From: Thermoplasmata archaeon
GTDB taxonomy: Archaea; Thermoplasmatota; Thermoplasmata; Lutacidiplasmatales; UBA184
Direction of reading: 5' to 3'
NCBI GenBank assembly: GCA_030039135.1
Contig: JASHQN010000059.1
Coordinates: 1 to 33,690, forward strand
Length of the DNA stretch: 33,690 bases
The translations under genes and the position numbers were made by a program. This document shows positions 15,996 through 24,090 of the stretch, piece after piece. Positions within the stretch are counted from its first letter, which is position 1. Each line of letters starts with the position of its first letter. The notes beneath the pieces are model-generated. The model ran no database searches, was not told the DNA's origin, and saw only the letters and a program-made list of their open reading frames with translations.

Positions 15996-17234
15996 TCAGT
16001 AGAGCCGCACCTGGCTCGCGCGCGCGGTGGGGGTCGTTGGACGGGACCCGGCCGACGACCAGGTCCGTGCGGGCAATCCCCAGACGTAGATGAATCCCTC
16101 CGCCATCTCCTGGCGGAACCGGTCTCCGCTCGAGTACGTGGCGAGCCCGTGTTGATAGAGGGAGTAGGGCGACCGGCGTCCGGCCACGGTCGCGGACCCT
16201 TTGTAGAGCTTCATCGCGACCTCCCCCGTGACACGGGTCTGCGTCGCGACCACGAACGCATCCAGGGCCTCGCGCAGCGGCGTGAACCAAAGCCCGTCGT
16301 AGATCATCTGGGCGTAGCGTTGCTCCACCGTGCGCTTGAATTCGAGGAGATCCCGAGGCAGGACGAGGGCCTCGAGCGCACGATGGGCGTCGATCAGCAC
16401 CATCGCGGCGGGGCATTCGTAGACCTCGCGAGACTTGATGCCGACGACCCTCGATTCGACGTGGTCGATCCGGCCGACCCCGGCCGCTCCCGCGGTCCGG
16501 TTCAGTTCGCCGATGAGATCGAGGAGGGGGAGCGCGTGATCGTTGATCGCGACCGGGGTCCCGCGCTCGAACGCGATTTTCACGTAGGCCGGGGCATCCG
16601 GCGCCGCCTGCGGCGAGGTCGTCCACCCGTAGGCTTCCTCGGGGGGCTCGATCGCGGGATCCTCCAGTACGCCGCACTCCACGGAGCGTCCCCACAGGTT
16701 CTCGTCGGTGCTGTAGGGAGTCGACGGTCCCGCTGCGAGCGGAATGCCGTGCGCGCGCGCATACGCCACCTCCGCGTCACGGTCCATCGACCACTCCCGC
16801 GCCGGCGCGATCACCTCCAGCTCCGGGGCGAGGGCCGTGGTCGAGAGATCGAAGCGCACCTGGTCGTTGCCCTTGCCCGTGCAGCCGTGCGCGATGGCCG
16901 ACGCGCCCTCCTGGCGCGCGACGTCCACCAGGTGGCGGCCGATGAGCGGACGGGCGAGCGCCGTGCTGAGGGGGTAGACCCCCTCGTACAGCGCATTGGC
17001 CCGCAGCGCAGGCGCGATGAACGTCTCGGCGAACTCCTGGCGCGCGTCAACGACGATCGCCTTCGTCGCGCCCGCGTTCGCCGCCCTCTCGCGGACCCGT
17101 TCCAGGTCTCCGGGCTGGCCGACGTTGACCGTCAGGGCGATGACGTCCGCGTCCTTCTTCTCCCGCAACCACGGGATCGCGACGGACGTGTCGAGACCAC
17201 CGGAGTAGGCGAGTACTACCCGTTTCGAGCTCAC
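15996..17234 (-). CDS. argG: Argininosuccinate synthase
   Basis: KRVVLAYSGGLDTSV, AHGCTGKGNDQVRF. The track start (GTG 17267) lies only 9-14 nt from the tttata box at 17276-17281. I therefore prefer the in-frame GTG at 17234 (VSSKRVVLAYSGG), which fits the family N-terminus. Confidence 0.85.
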   Translation of the reverse strand: MSSKRVVLAYSGGLDTSVAIPWLREKKDADVIALTVNVGQPGDLERVRERAANAGATKAIVVDARQEFAETFIAPALRANALYEGVYPLSTALARPLIGRHLVDVARQEGASAIAHGCTGKGNDQVRFDLSTTALAPELEVIAPAREWSMDRDAEVAYARAHGIPLAAGPSTPYSTDENLWGRSVECGVLEDPAIEPPEEAYGWTTSPQAAPDAPAYVKIAFERGTPVAINDHALPLLDLIGELNRTAGAAGVGRIDHVESRVVGIKSREVYECPAAMVLIDAHRALEALVLPRDLLEFKRTVEQRYAQMIYDGLWFTPLREALDAFVVATQTRVTGEVAMKLYKGSATVAGRRSPYSLYQHGLATYSSGDRFRQEMAEGFIYVWGLPARTWSSAGSRPTTPTARASQVRLY

Positions 17235-17275
17235 TCCGGCGTCCTCAGTTCGACTTCGAAAGTCCACGAACCCGA

Positions 17276-17281
17276 TTTATA
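17276..17281 (-). promoter_or_regulatory. TATA-like box in the argG / ACT-regulator divergent region
   Basis: tttata (tataaa on the minus strand) lies 42-47 nt upstream of the GTG at 17234 and about 57 nt upstream of the ATG at 17336. Its orientation cannot be decided from sequence. Confidence 0.35.
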
Positions 17282-17335
17282 CGATGCGACCGTCCGCGAA
17301 CACGAAAAGGCAGAAATGTCCTAGATGGAACAGAA

Positions 17336-17986
17336 ATGTCGCACGAAGCTGAGCCCGTGGCCCGGCAGGTCCGGGTCTATCTCGAAAACCATCCGGCGGT
17401 CGCGGACGCGATCCGCATGGGGATCGCCAACTACACCGCGGTCGCGCGCCGCATCGCCGGGGAGCTCGGCCTACCGTACTCCCCGGCGATCGTCGCCGCG
17501 TGCCGTCGGTACCCCCGAGGCCGCGAGCTCCAGGCGCGGGAGGCCGGGGTCCGGCGCGTCCTCCGCAAGAGCCGGATCGAGACGCGAACGAAGGTCGCCG
17601 CCATCACGGTGCGGCAGGGCGTGGATGTCCTCCAGCGTCTCGGCGACGTGGTCGAAGAACTGCTGGACGAGGAGTCGCTCTGCCGACTGATCCAGGTCTC
17701 CCGGGGTACCGTCGTGATCATCGACGAAGACTCCGTGCCTCGGATCACGAAGCGGCTCCGGGAGGACCAGATCGTTCGAGTACGACGGAACCTGGTCGAG
17801 GTCGCCGTGACCGGACCGGAGAGCATCGAGGAGACTCCCGGACTGCTGACGGTACTCACCGGAATCGTCTCCGCTCAGGGAATCAACATCGTGGAGGCGC
17901 TCAGCTGCTACACCGACACGATCTTCCTCTTCGAGCTGGGCGATTTCCCGCCGGCCCTCGCCGCGCTCTCTCGTGCGGTCGAGTAG
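17336..17986 (+). CDS. ACT-domain protein with an N-terminal HTH-like segment (predicted amino-acid-responsive regulator)
   Basis: N-terminus VRVYLENHPAVADAIRMGIANYTAVARRIAGELGL is HTH-like. C-terminus LVEVAVTGPESIEETPGLLTVLTGIVSAQGINIVEALSCYTDTIFLFE is ACT-like. It resembles the archaeal family described as predicted regulators of amino acid metabolism with an ACT domain. Confidence 0.65.
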   Translation: MSHEAEPVARQVRVYLENHPAVADAIRMGIANYTAVARRIAGELGLPYSPAIVAACRRYPRGRELQAREAGVRRVLRKSRIETRTKVAAITVRQGVDVLQRLGDVVEELLDEESLCRLIQVSRGTVVIIDEDSVPRITKRLREDQIVRVRRNLVEVAVTGPESIEETPGLLTVLTGIVSAQGINIVEALSCYTDTIFLFELGDFPPALAALSRAVE

Positions 17987-18015
17987 CCCGGCCGCTCCGG
18001 CACAAGCGATCCACG

Positions 18016-19287
18016 ATGGCCGACGGACCCGTCACACTCACGAGGAGCAGTCGCTTCGGGCGAGGTCGCATGCGACGCCGCCGTCCGCTCCCGCCCGAGG
18101 ACGCCCTCGCCCGCGTCGTCCTCGAGCGATACCTGACGCTGCGCGCGGGAGAATCGCTCACGGTCGAATCGTGGAGCCATGCCCTCCCCTGGGCCCGATC
18201 GTTCGTCGTCGAAGCGCGCCGCCGCGGGGCCGTCCCGACCCTCGTCGTCGAGGACGAAGAAGCATACTTCCGCTCTCTCGAGCTGGCCGGCGCCCCCGTG
18301 GCGTCCGGGCCGGCTCGCTCGCCCCTCGTGCCGGCCTCGGCGCACGTGTATCTCGGGGGGCCCGACGCCTTTGCCCGACTGCTCGGCCTTCCGGCCGAAG
18401 AGATCGATCGGATCGCACGCCGCCACGAGGTCTCCTGGTGGAGGCGGGCCGGCCGTTACCGGACCCGGGCGGTCCGCCTTGCGGTCGCTGACGCGACCCC
18501 CTCGGCCGCCGCCCGGTACGGCGTGGATCTCCGCGCGTGGCAGTCGGAACTGGTGCGGGCGAGTCGCGTCGATCCGCAGCGACTGGAAGCCATCGGAGCG
18601 CGGGTCTCGCACCGCCTCGGCTCCGCTCGCTCGCTGCGCGTTCGCCACGCGAACGGGACCGACCTCCTGCTGCGGCGTCGTCGAAGCCCTCCCTCACTCG
18701 ACACGGGTCGGCCTCGGCCGACGGCCGGACAGCTCTGGGCCCGAGTTCCCTCGGGTTTGCTCATCGTGCCCCTGGAACCCCGGGTCGCCGAAGGTACCTG
18801 GGAGACCAACCGCCCTGCGTACGATCGGTTCGCGGATCCCCCGGTGGCGCTCGGCGGGTGGTTCGAGTTTCGGGGCGGTCGCCTGCAGGAGTTCACCTTC
18901 GAGCGCGGAGGGGACCGATTCGCCGCGGCGTACGCGTCGGGAGGGCGGCGGGCCGGCCGGCCGCTCGCGCTGACGGTGGGTCTGAACCCGGAAGTGGTCC
19001 GCGCCCCGGAGGTCCTCGAGCTCGCGGCGGGCACGGTCGGTCTTCTCCTCGGCGACGGACAGCCGAGTCGGCCTCCCGGTTCAGGCATCGGTTTCCTCGC
19101 CGCGCTCGGAGGGGCGAGTGTAGACGCCGACGGACGACCCTGGATCGTCGACGGCGCGCTCCCCGGGACGAACGGGGCGGGTGGCAAGGCTCGTCCCGGT
19201 CGAATCAGGCCGCGAGCTTCGTCGCGAACGCTCGCGCCATGGTCTGGGCATGGACGAGATAGCGCGCGGAGATCTGCTCGACGTTGA
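18016..19287 (+). CDS. Aminopeptidase-like protein (M29 / AmpS-like fold, possibly non-catalytic)
   Basis: Trimmed from the 595-aa track ORF to MADGPVTL... Collinear resemblance to aminopeptidase T-type proteins (ERYLTLRAGESLTV, ANGTDLLL, VPSGLLIVPLEPRVAEGTW, GTVGLLLGD). The 3' end overlaps the convergent gene by 83 nt. Confidence 0.5.
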   Translation: MADGPVTLTRSSRFGRGRMRRRRPLPPEDALARVVLERYLTLRAGESLTVESWSHALPWARSFVVEARRRGAVPTLVVEDEEAYFRSLELAGAPVASGPARSPLVPASAHVYLGGPDAFARLLGLPAEEIDRIARRHEVSWWRRAGRYRTRAVRLAVADATPSAAARYGVDLRAWQSELVRASRVDPQRLEAIGARVSHRLGSARSLRVRHANGTDLLLRRRRSPPSLDTGRPRPTAGQLWARVPSGLLIVPLEPRVAEGTWETNRPAYDRFADPPVALGGWFEFRGGRLQEFTFERGGDRFAAAYASGGRRAGRPLALTVGLNPEVVRAPEVLELAAGTVGLLLGDGQPSRPPGSGIGFLAALGGASVDADGRPWIVDGALPGTNGAGGKARPGRIRPRASSRTLAPWSGHGRDSARRSARR

Positions 19288-20119
19288 CGCCCAGCGGCAC
19301 GTCGGTGCCCCCGGCCCGAACGCGCTGCGCGACCGACCCCCACACCTCGAGCGCCTGCGCCACGCTCCGATCGGCCGCCTGACCCTCGTCGCCCTCCAAG
19401 ATCGCCCGCTCGGCGGCCTCGGGCACGTCGGCCCCCAGCCAGCGGATGAACTCGGCATCCTGCTCGTCGACGAGCGGGGCGAAGCTGAGCAGCACGGGCG
19501 CCGGGCGGAGCGAGGCCTGGCGGCACAGGAGATCGTACTGCTCGATCATCGCGCATGTCGCCTCGGCGTCGAACACGATCTGGGTGGTGAAGAACGCGGC
19601 ACCGGCACGCGTCTTGGCGAGCATCCGGTGCGGTTCCCCTTCCCGTTGGGGGATCGTGATGTTGCCGACGAGCCCTCCGGCTCGCTCCACGATTGGCCGG
19701 CAGATCCGGTCGGCCTCCGTCACGGCGGGGCCGGGGTACGGAATGTAGCGGCTCGTTCCGCCGACAAGAACGACGTGGCGAAGGCCGAGGCCTACGGTCT
19801 CGACCGTCCACCGCTCAACGGCCGACGCGCTCTCGAGGTGGGCGACGACCTTGTTCACCACGACCTCCCGATGCGACCGTTCGCCGACCTTGCGCGCGAA
19901 CGACCGGGGATCGGCGCTCCGGTAGAGCGGGCGACCTTCGTGGTTCTCGTCCACGAGCTCGGGCACGTCGAGGGCGTCGATGCGTGGGACGGCCTCGACG
20001 AGCGCGACGACCGCGTCGGCGGCCGCCTCCGCCCGGGTCGGCGACATTCGGATCGACGGGGGGACAGGCTCAAAGAAGAGTGGCGTGGCATGCAAGGCCT
20101 CCGCGAGCGTGCGTGGCAT
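19205..20119 (-). CDS. Methylenetetrahydrofolate reductase-like protein
   Basis: Trimmed to MPRTLAEALHATPLFFEPVPPS, with cat at 20117-20119 and gaggaa 5 nt upstream. Collinear with MetF motifs (FEFFPP ~ FFEPVPP, HIVALRGD ~ HVVLVGG, AGANRAITQFFFD ~ AGAAFFTTQIVFD). Confidence 0.65.
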   Translation of the reverse strand: MPRTLAEALHATPLFFEPVPPSIRMSPTRAEAAADAVVALVEAVPRIDALDVPELVDENHEGRPLYRSADPRSFARKVGERSHREVVVNKVVAHLESASAVERWTVETVGLGLRHVVLVGGTSRYIPYPGPAVTEADRICRPIVERAGGLVGNITIPQREGEPHRMLAKTRAGAAFFTTQIVFDAEATCAMIEQYDLLCRQASLRPAPVLLSFAPLVDEQDAEFIRWLGADVPEAAERAILEGDEGQAADRSVAQALEVWGSVAQRVRAGGTDVPLGVNVEQISARYLVHAQTMARAFATKLAA

Positions 20120-20150
20120 CCGGTTCCTCGAGGATCTCCCGGCGGGGGGA

Positions 20151-20188
20151 ACGGCCCCGCGATAAAGCGTTTCGTCGCGCGGGGCCGT
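20151..20188. promoter_or_regulatory. 11-bp perfect inverted repeat bracketing an A/T-rich box (candidate operator/promoter)
   Basis: acggccccgcg (20151-20161) is the exact reverse complement of cgcggggccgt (20178-20188). The 16-nt spacer ataaagcgtttcgtcg holds the only A/T-rich element upstream of the minus-strand ATG at 20119, about 45 nt away. Confidence 0.4.
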
Positions 20189-20486
20189 GCACGACGACCC
20201 GATCGGCCTCGCCCGGGAGCAGCAGGGAGGCGGCGTTGCTGGCGATCGTCCTGCGGTCGTACAGGCCCGAGGTTCCGCGGGGATCCGCCGCTCCCCCGAG
20301 CGCGCGAGGCAGTGGGGGAAGCACGGTGGGCCTCCGGGGCGGGACGGCAGATCGTTCCGAGGTTCCGGGCCCGAGCCGGTAAGCAGAAACAAGGCGAAGG
20401 AATTTGGCTCGGGGCAGCTCACGGGCCCAAGGAGGAATGAAGCCCTCGCGGGTGGAACGGCCTTGGCCTCGCATCGATTAGGAGGC

Positions 20487-20948
20487 GTGCTCCCACTGGT
20501 TCGACAGGGCCTTGAGCTCGGCCTGGAGTTCGGCCCCCGCTCGCTCGAGGCGCTCGCCTGGGTGGCCGAAACGATCGAAGGGTCGGTCTATTCGCCCCAC
20601 TCGCTCGAGCGGACCGCGACGGGCCTCACGTTCGTTCTCGAGAACCCCCCGCTCCGGACCGCGGCGTTCTCCTCGGTACGGGTGCTCGTGGACGGCGTGG
20701 CGGTCCCTCCCCAGGACGTGTCGGTTCGAACGAGGGGCAGGGGGCCCTGGCGGACCGCAGCGATGGTCACTCCTGACTCAAGCCTTGACCTCGTGCCCGG
20801 CGACCGGATCGAGTTCGCACTACGGGGGGTGTTCGACATCCGCGCCGGCGAGACCACGATCCGACTCGAGCTCCGCACGGCAGCCATCCCGCCGCTCGTC
20901 TGGCTGGAGTTCACCGAACCTCCCATCCTGCGGAGCCAGGCCCCGTGA
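20487..20948 (+). CDS. Small hypothetical protein (about 153 aa), translationally coupled to the downstream glucosidase-like gene
   Basis: The track ORF begins at 20187, but its first 100 codons are R/G-rich low complexity. The GTG at 20487 follows ggagg, with very short spacing, so the start is uncertain. High GC3. The stop overlaps the next start (GTGA at 20945-20948). Confidence 0.5.
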   Translation: MLPLVRQGLELGLEFGPRSLEALAWVAETIEGSVYSPHSLERTATGLTFVLENPPLRTAAFSSVRVLVDGVAVPPQDVSVRTRGRGPWRTAAMVTPDSSLDLVPGDRIEFALRGVFDIRAGETTIRLELRTAAIPPLVWLEFTEPPILRSQAP

Positions 20949-23134
20949 GGGATACGCCCGGGGCGGCGAGGCCGCCCACACCGGTGCTCCTGACGACGCC
21001 CATGTCGGCCATCCTGCTCGATGGCCAAGGGGACCTTGCCTTGGGATGCGAGATGCGGGGCGCCACGGCCGAGTGGGGAGGGATCATCGGCCAATGCGTG
21101 CGGTTGATCAGCGCGTGGCGCCTCGGGTTCTGGCTCGGCGAGGACACCGGCGACCTCCCTTCCTCCCTCGTTGATGCCGAGACCTTAGCGGGGGCGTGGC
21201 GCAGCCACCATGCTTGGCGAGGCCTCGAGATCGTCCACGCCGTGAGTCCCACCACCATGGTCGCCGGCGCCGTGCGCACCCTGCGCTGCACGCAAACCGA
21301 GGGATCTCCCGCGACACTCCACATCACGAGCACGTTCGCGCCGTACCTGCTGCCAGTGATGGTCGAGGGCGTGCGCCCCCACGAGTTCCGGGTCGAGACG
21401 AGCTCGGAAGAGATCCGGATACGACAGCGAGGGTTCGGTCTCTCCGTTCAGTCGTCCGTCGCCCCCTCCTTTCTTCTTCTGAACCGTGGCTCCTGGATCG
21501 GAGGACGCTGGACCGGGCGGGTCGACGAGTTCGGCATCGAGTACGCCGTTCCGATCGCGCAGGGGGCCCCCGCCGAGATCCGGTTGCTGGTCCATGGCGG
21601 GCTCGACCGAACGATCGGGCCGGCGAGGGCCGCCGCTCGGGACGTCCTTGCCGACCCCGAGGGCTCGGCCGCCGCGACCGCGGCGTCCGATCAGGCATGG
21701 GAGGAAGGAACCCCGGTCTTGAGGTTCCCGAATGCCCCCGAACTCGAGCGCGCGTATCTCCGCGCGCGGAGCTCGCTCCGTCGACTGTACGCAGCGCCCG
21801 GCGACGACCTTACCGGTCTCGTCGCGGGATTTCCCTGGTACGCTGCCCTCTGGGGCCGGGATACCGCATGGATGCTCCCGGCGGTCATCTGGCTCGGCGA
21901 CTTTGACTGGGCCCGCCGCTCGATCGAGACGATGTTCCGCTACCAGTCCCGAGGCACGGTCCCGATCCTGGGGGCCGAAGACGGCGAGCTTCCGATGCAG
22001 CTCGCTCCGGGACCGATCTTCCTGTACGGGAGCTCGGACACCACCCTGTACTATCCCGAGCTCGTCGATCGCTGGCTCCGTCACGCGGGAGCATCCCAGC
22101 TCCCGGACGGATGGGCGACCGCGATCGAGCTCGTCGTGCGATGGGCCGTGGCGCGGTCCGATCCCGAGACCGGTCTCCTTCGCAATGGCGGGGAGGCCGA
22201 GACGATCGTCGCCGCTACCCCCGGCTTCGCCCGCGTCCGCTACGGCATCGACGCGCCCGACACAACGATCTGGGACTCCACCGACCGCCGCTCGCACGCG
22301 ATCGACATCCAAGTCCTGTGGTGGCGGGCCCTCGGGTCCGCTCTCCAGTGGCTCGGTCGACCGGGCGACCCCGGGACCAGCCAGAACGAACGGCTCAGAG
22401 ATCGGCTCGCCGACACCGTTCGCGAACGATACCGTTGGGAGGCGGAGGGGTACCTCTACGACTCCCTGAGGGAGGGCCGGCCGGTGGAGCAACGGCGACC
22501 GAACGCTCTGCTCGCGGTGAGCGCCGGCCTGTTCGAGCCGGAGGAGGCCCGGCGCTACGTTCGGCGCGCCGCCCAGGGCGACCTCACGACCCTTTGGGGA
22601 GTCCGGACTCTTTCCTCGATCGACCCGGCGTACAACTCCATCGCCTACCACGACGGCGAGGTCTGGACCATCGCGACGGCCTGGGCGGCCGACGCGGCGC
22701 TCGCGGCCGGAGAGGCCGCGCTCGGTCTCGCGTACCTCACGACCATCGCGGACCGGTTCGAGCAGGGGAACGGGTTCGCGCCCGAGTGCTACCGAGGGGA
22801 CCGGCCGGAGCCCTTCGATTCGTGCTTCCTGCTCGGGCTGAGCGTCGCCCCATTCCTAACGGCACTGTTCGAACGGCTCTGGGGGATCGTCATGGACGCT
22901 CGAACCCTCCGCCTCGCCGTACGGCCGGTGTTCCCGCCCGACTGGACCACCGCATCCATCGAGCGACTGCGGGTCGGGAGTGGTGCCGTCGACCTTCGCT
23001 GGAACGCGGGCGATCTCGAGGTGCGGTGGTCGGGACCGGGCACGCTATCGGTGGAGACGGCCTCTCAATCCGGTACGGTGGCTCCGGGAGGCACCGGCAC
23101 GTTCGGTGGCCGGAAGCTCGGGGAGCCTTCTTAA
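20945..23134 (+). CDS. Glycogen-debranching-enzyme-like protein (amylo-alpha-1,6-glucosidase / (alpha/alpha)6-barrel family)
   Basis: The GFPWYAALWGRDTAWMLPAV motif and the later YHDGEVWTIATAW are typical of the GDE C-terminal catalytic domain, with an N-terminal beta-rich domain. An alternative ATG start exists at 21002. Confidence 0.7.
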   Translation: MRDTPGAARPPTPVLLTTPMSAILLDGQGDLALGCEMRGATAEWGGIIGQCVRLISAWRLGFWLGEDTGDLPSSLVDAETLAGAWRSHHAWRGLEIVHAVSPTTMVAGAVRTLRCTQTEGSPATLHITSTFAPYLLPVMVEGVRPHEFRVETSSEEIRIRQRGFGLSVQSSVAPSFLLLNRGSWIGGRWTGRVDEFGIEYAVPIAQGAPAEIRLLVHGGLDRTIGPARAAARDVLADPEGSAAATAASDQAWEEGTPVLRFPNAPELERAYLRARSSLRRLYAAPGDDLTGLVAGFPWYAALWGRDTAWMLPAVIWLGDFDWARRSIETMFRYQSRGTVPILGAEDGELPMQLAPGPIFLYGSSDTTLYYPELVDRWLRHAGASQLPDGWATAIELVVRWAVARSDPETGLLRNGGEAETIVAATPGFARVRYGIDAPDTTIWDSTDRRSHAIDIQVLWWRALGSALQWLGRPGDPGTSQNERLRDRLADTVRERYRWEAEGYLYDSLREGRPVEQRRPNALLAVSAGLFEPEEARRYVRRAAQGDLTTLWGVRTLSSIDPAYNSIAYHDGEVWTIATAWAADAALAAGEAALGLAYLTTIADRFEQGNGFAPECYRGDRPEPFDSCFLLGLSVAPFLTALFERLWGIVMDARTLRLAVRPVFPPDWTTASIERLRVGSGAVDLRWNAGDLEVRWSGPGTLSVETASQSGTVAPGGTGTFGGRKLGEPS

Positions 23135-23157
23135 CCTCGCAATCCACACGAACCCGG

Positions 23158-24090
23158 ATGGCGGACGCGATCGAGGTCGAGCACCTGATCAAGCGCTATG
23201 GCGATCTCGCAGCCGTCAACGACATCGCGTTCCGCGTGGCGAGCGGATCGGTCTTCTCGTTCCTCGGGCCGAACGGGGCCGGTAAGACCACGACCACCGA
23301 GATCCTGGAGGGACTCCGGCGTCGGACCGAGGGGACCGTGCGCGTGCTGGGCCTCGATCCGTGGACCGATTCGCGCCCGCTCCACGACCGGATCGGCGTT
23401 ATCCCGCAGGACTTCCGCTTCTTCGAGAAGATCACCCCCCGCGAGGCGATCGAGTACTACGGGTCGCTCTTCGGGACCCGGCCGGACGCCGGCGATCTTC
23501 TCGCCCGCGTCCAACTCGCGGACAAGGCCGAGTCCCGTTTTGACACGCTATCGGGGGGCCAGAAGCAGAAGCTCGGCCTCGCGCTCTCCCTGACCAACAA
23601 TCCCGAGATCTGTTTCCTCGACGAGCCGACCACCGGCCTGGATCCGACGGCGCGCCGCGCTATTTGGAAGGTGATCCGAAGCCTCAAGGCCGAGGGCCGG
23701 ACGGTCTTCCTCACGACGCACTACCTGGAAGAGGCGGAGCTCCTCGCGGACCGCGTGGCGATCATCCACCACGGCCGGATCATCGCGGACGGCGCGCCGA
23801 GCGATATCATCGCCGCCTACGGCCGGCCCGCTCGGATCCGATTCGAGGCCCCTCCCGCTCTTGCCGACTACCTGCGGGCCCATCTCGGGCTGCCCGTGAC
23901 CGCTGAAGACGGGCGGGTCGAGGTTGAACTCCACGAGAAGGGCGATGTCGTCCGAATCCTTTCCGCCGCCGAGGCGAGCGGCATCCGCTGGCAGCAGTTC
24001 GCCACGGAGCAGGATACCCTCGAGGACGTCTTCGTTCGCCTCGTGGGTCAGATGGACGAGGGGACCCTGAAGACGGAGACCGCCACATGA
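23158..24090 (+). CDS. ABC transporter ATP-binding protein (ABC-2/DrrA-like)
   Basis: Trimmed to MADAIEVEHLIKRYG. Walker A GPNGAGKTT, signature LSGGQKQKL, Walker B ICFLDEPTTGLD, H-loop TTHYLEEA. Confidence 0.9.
   Translation: MADAIEVEHLIKRYGDLAAVNDIAFRVASGSVFSFLGPNGAGKTTTTEILEGLRRRTEGTVRVLGLDPWTDSRPLHDRIGVIPQDFRFFEKITPREAIEYYGSLFGTRPDAGDLLARVQLADKAESRFDTLSGGQKQKLGLALSLTNNPEICFLDEPTTGLDPTARRAIWKVIRSLKAEGRTVFLTTHYLEEAELLADRVAIIHHGRIIADGAPSDIIAAYGRPARIRFEAPPALADYLRAHLGLPVTAEDGRVEVELHEKGDVVRILSAAEASGIRWQQFATEQDTLEDVFVRLVGQMDEGTLKTETAT

Noticed and set aside
17235-17267. GTG at 17267 as the argG start (track annotation).
   Set aside because: It lies only 9-14 nt from the sole TATA-like box, too close for a promoter. 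It also adds 11 residues (MDFRSRTEDAG) not typical of the family. The GTG at 17234 gives VSSKRVVLAYSGG.
20376-20400. Possible SRP (7S) RNA. gccggtaagcagaaacaagg faintly resembles the helix-8 GGAAGCAGCCAAGG motif, and the intergenic region is about 300 nt, the size of an archaeal SRP RNA.
   Set aside because: I could not find the GNAR tetraloop with a flanking complementary stem, the AGGxC 5' strand, or Alu-domain motifs on either strand. The resemblance is limited to AGCAG. A covariance-model scan would settle it.
20187-20486. The first 100 codons of the track ORF 20187-20948 as coding sequence.
   Set aside because: The translation (…GGGVAGDRPAVVQARGSAGIRRSPERARQWGKHGGPPGRDGRSFRGSGPEP…) looks like non-coding G+C-rich DNA. 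The region also carries repeats and an inverted repeat more typical of regulatory sequence. This should be confirmed by N-terminal proteomics.
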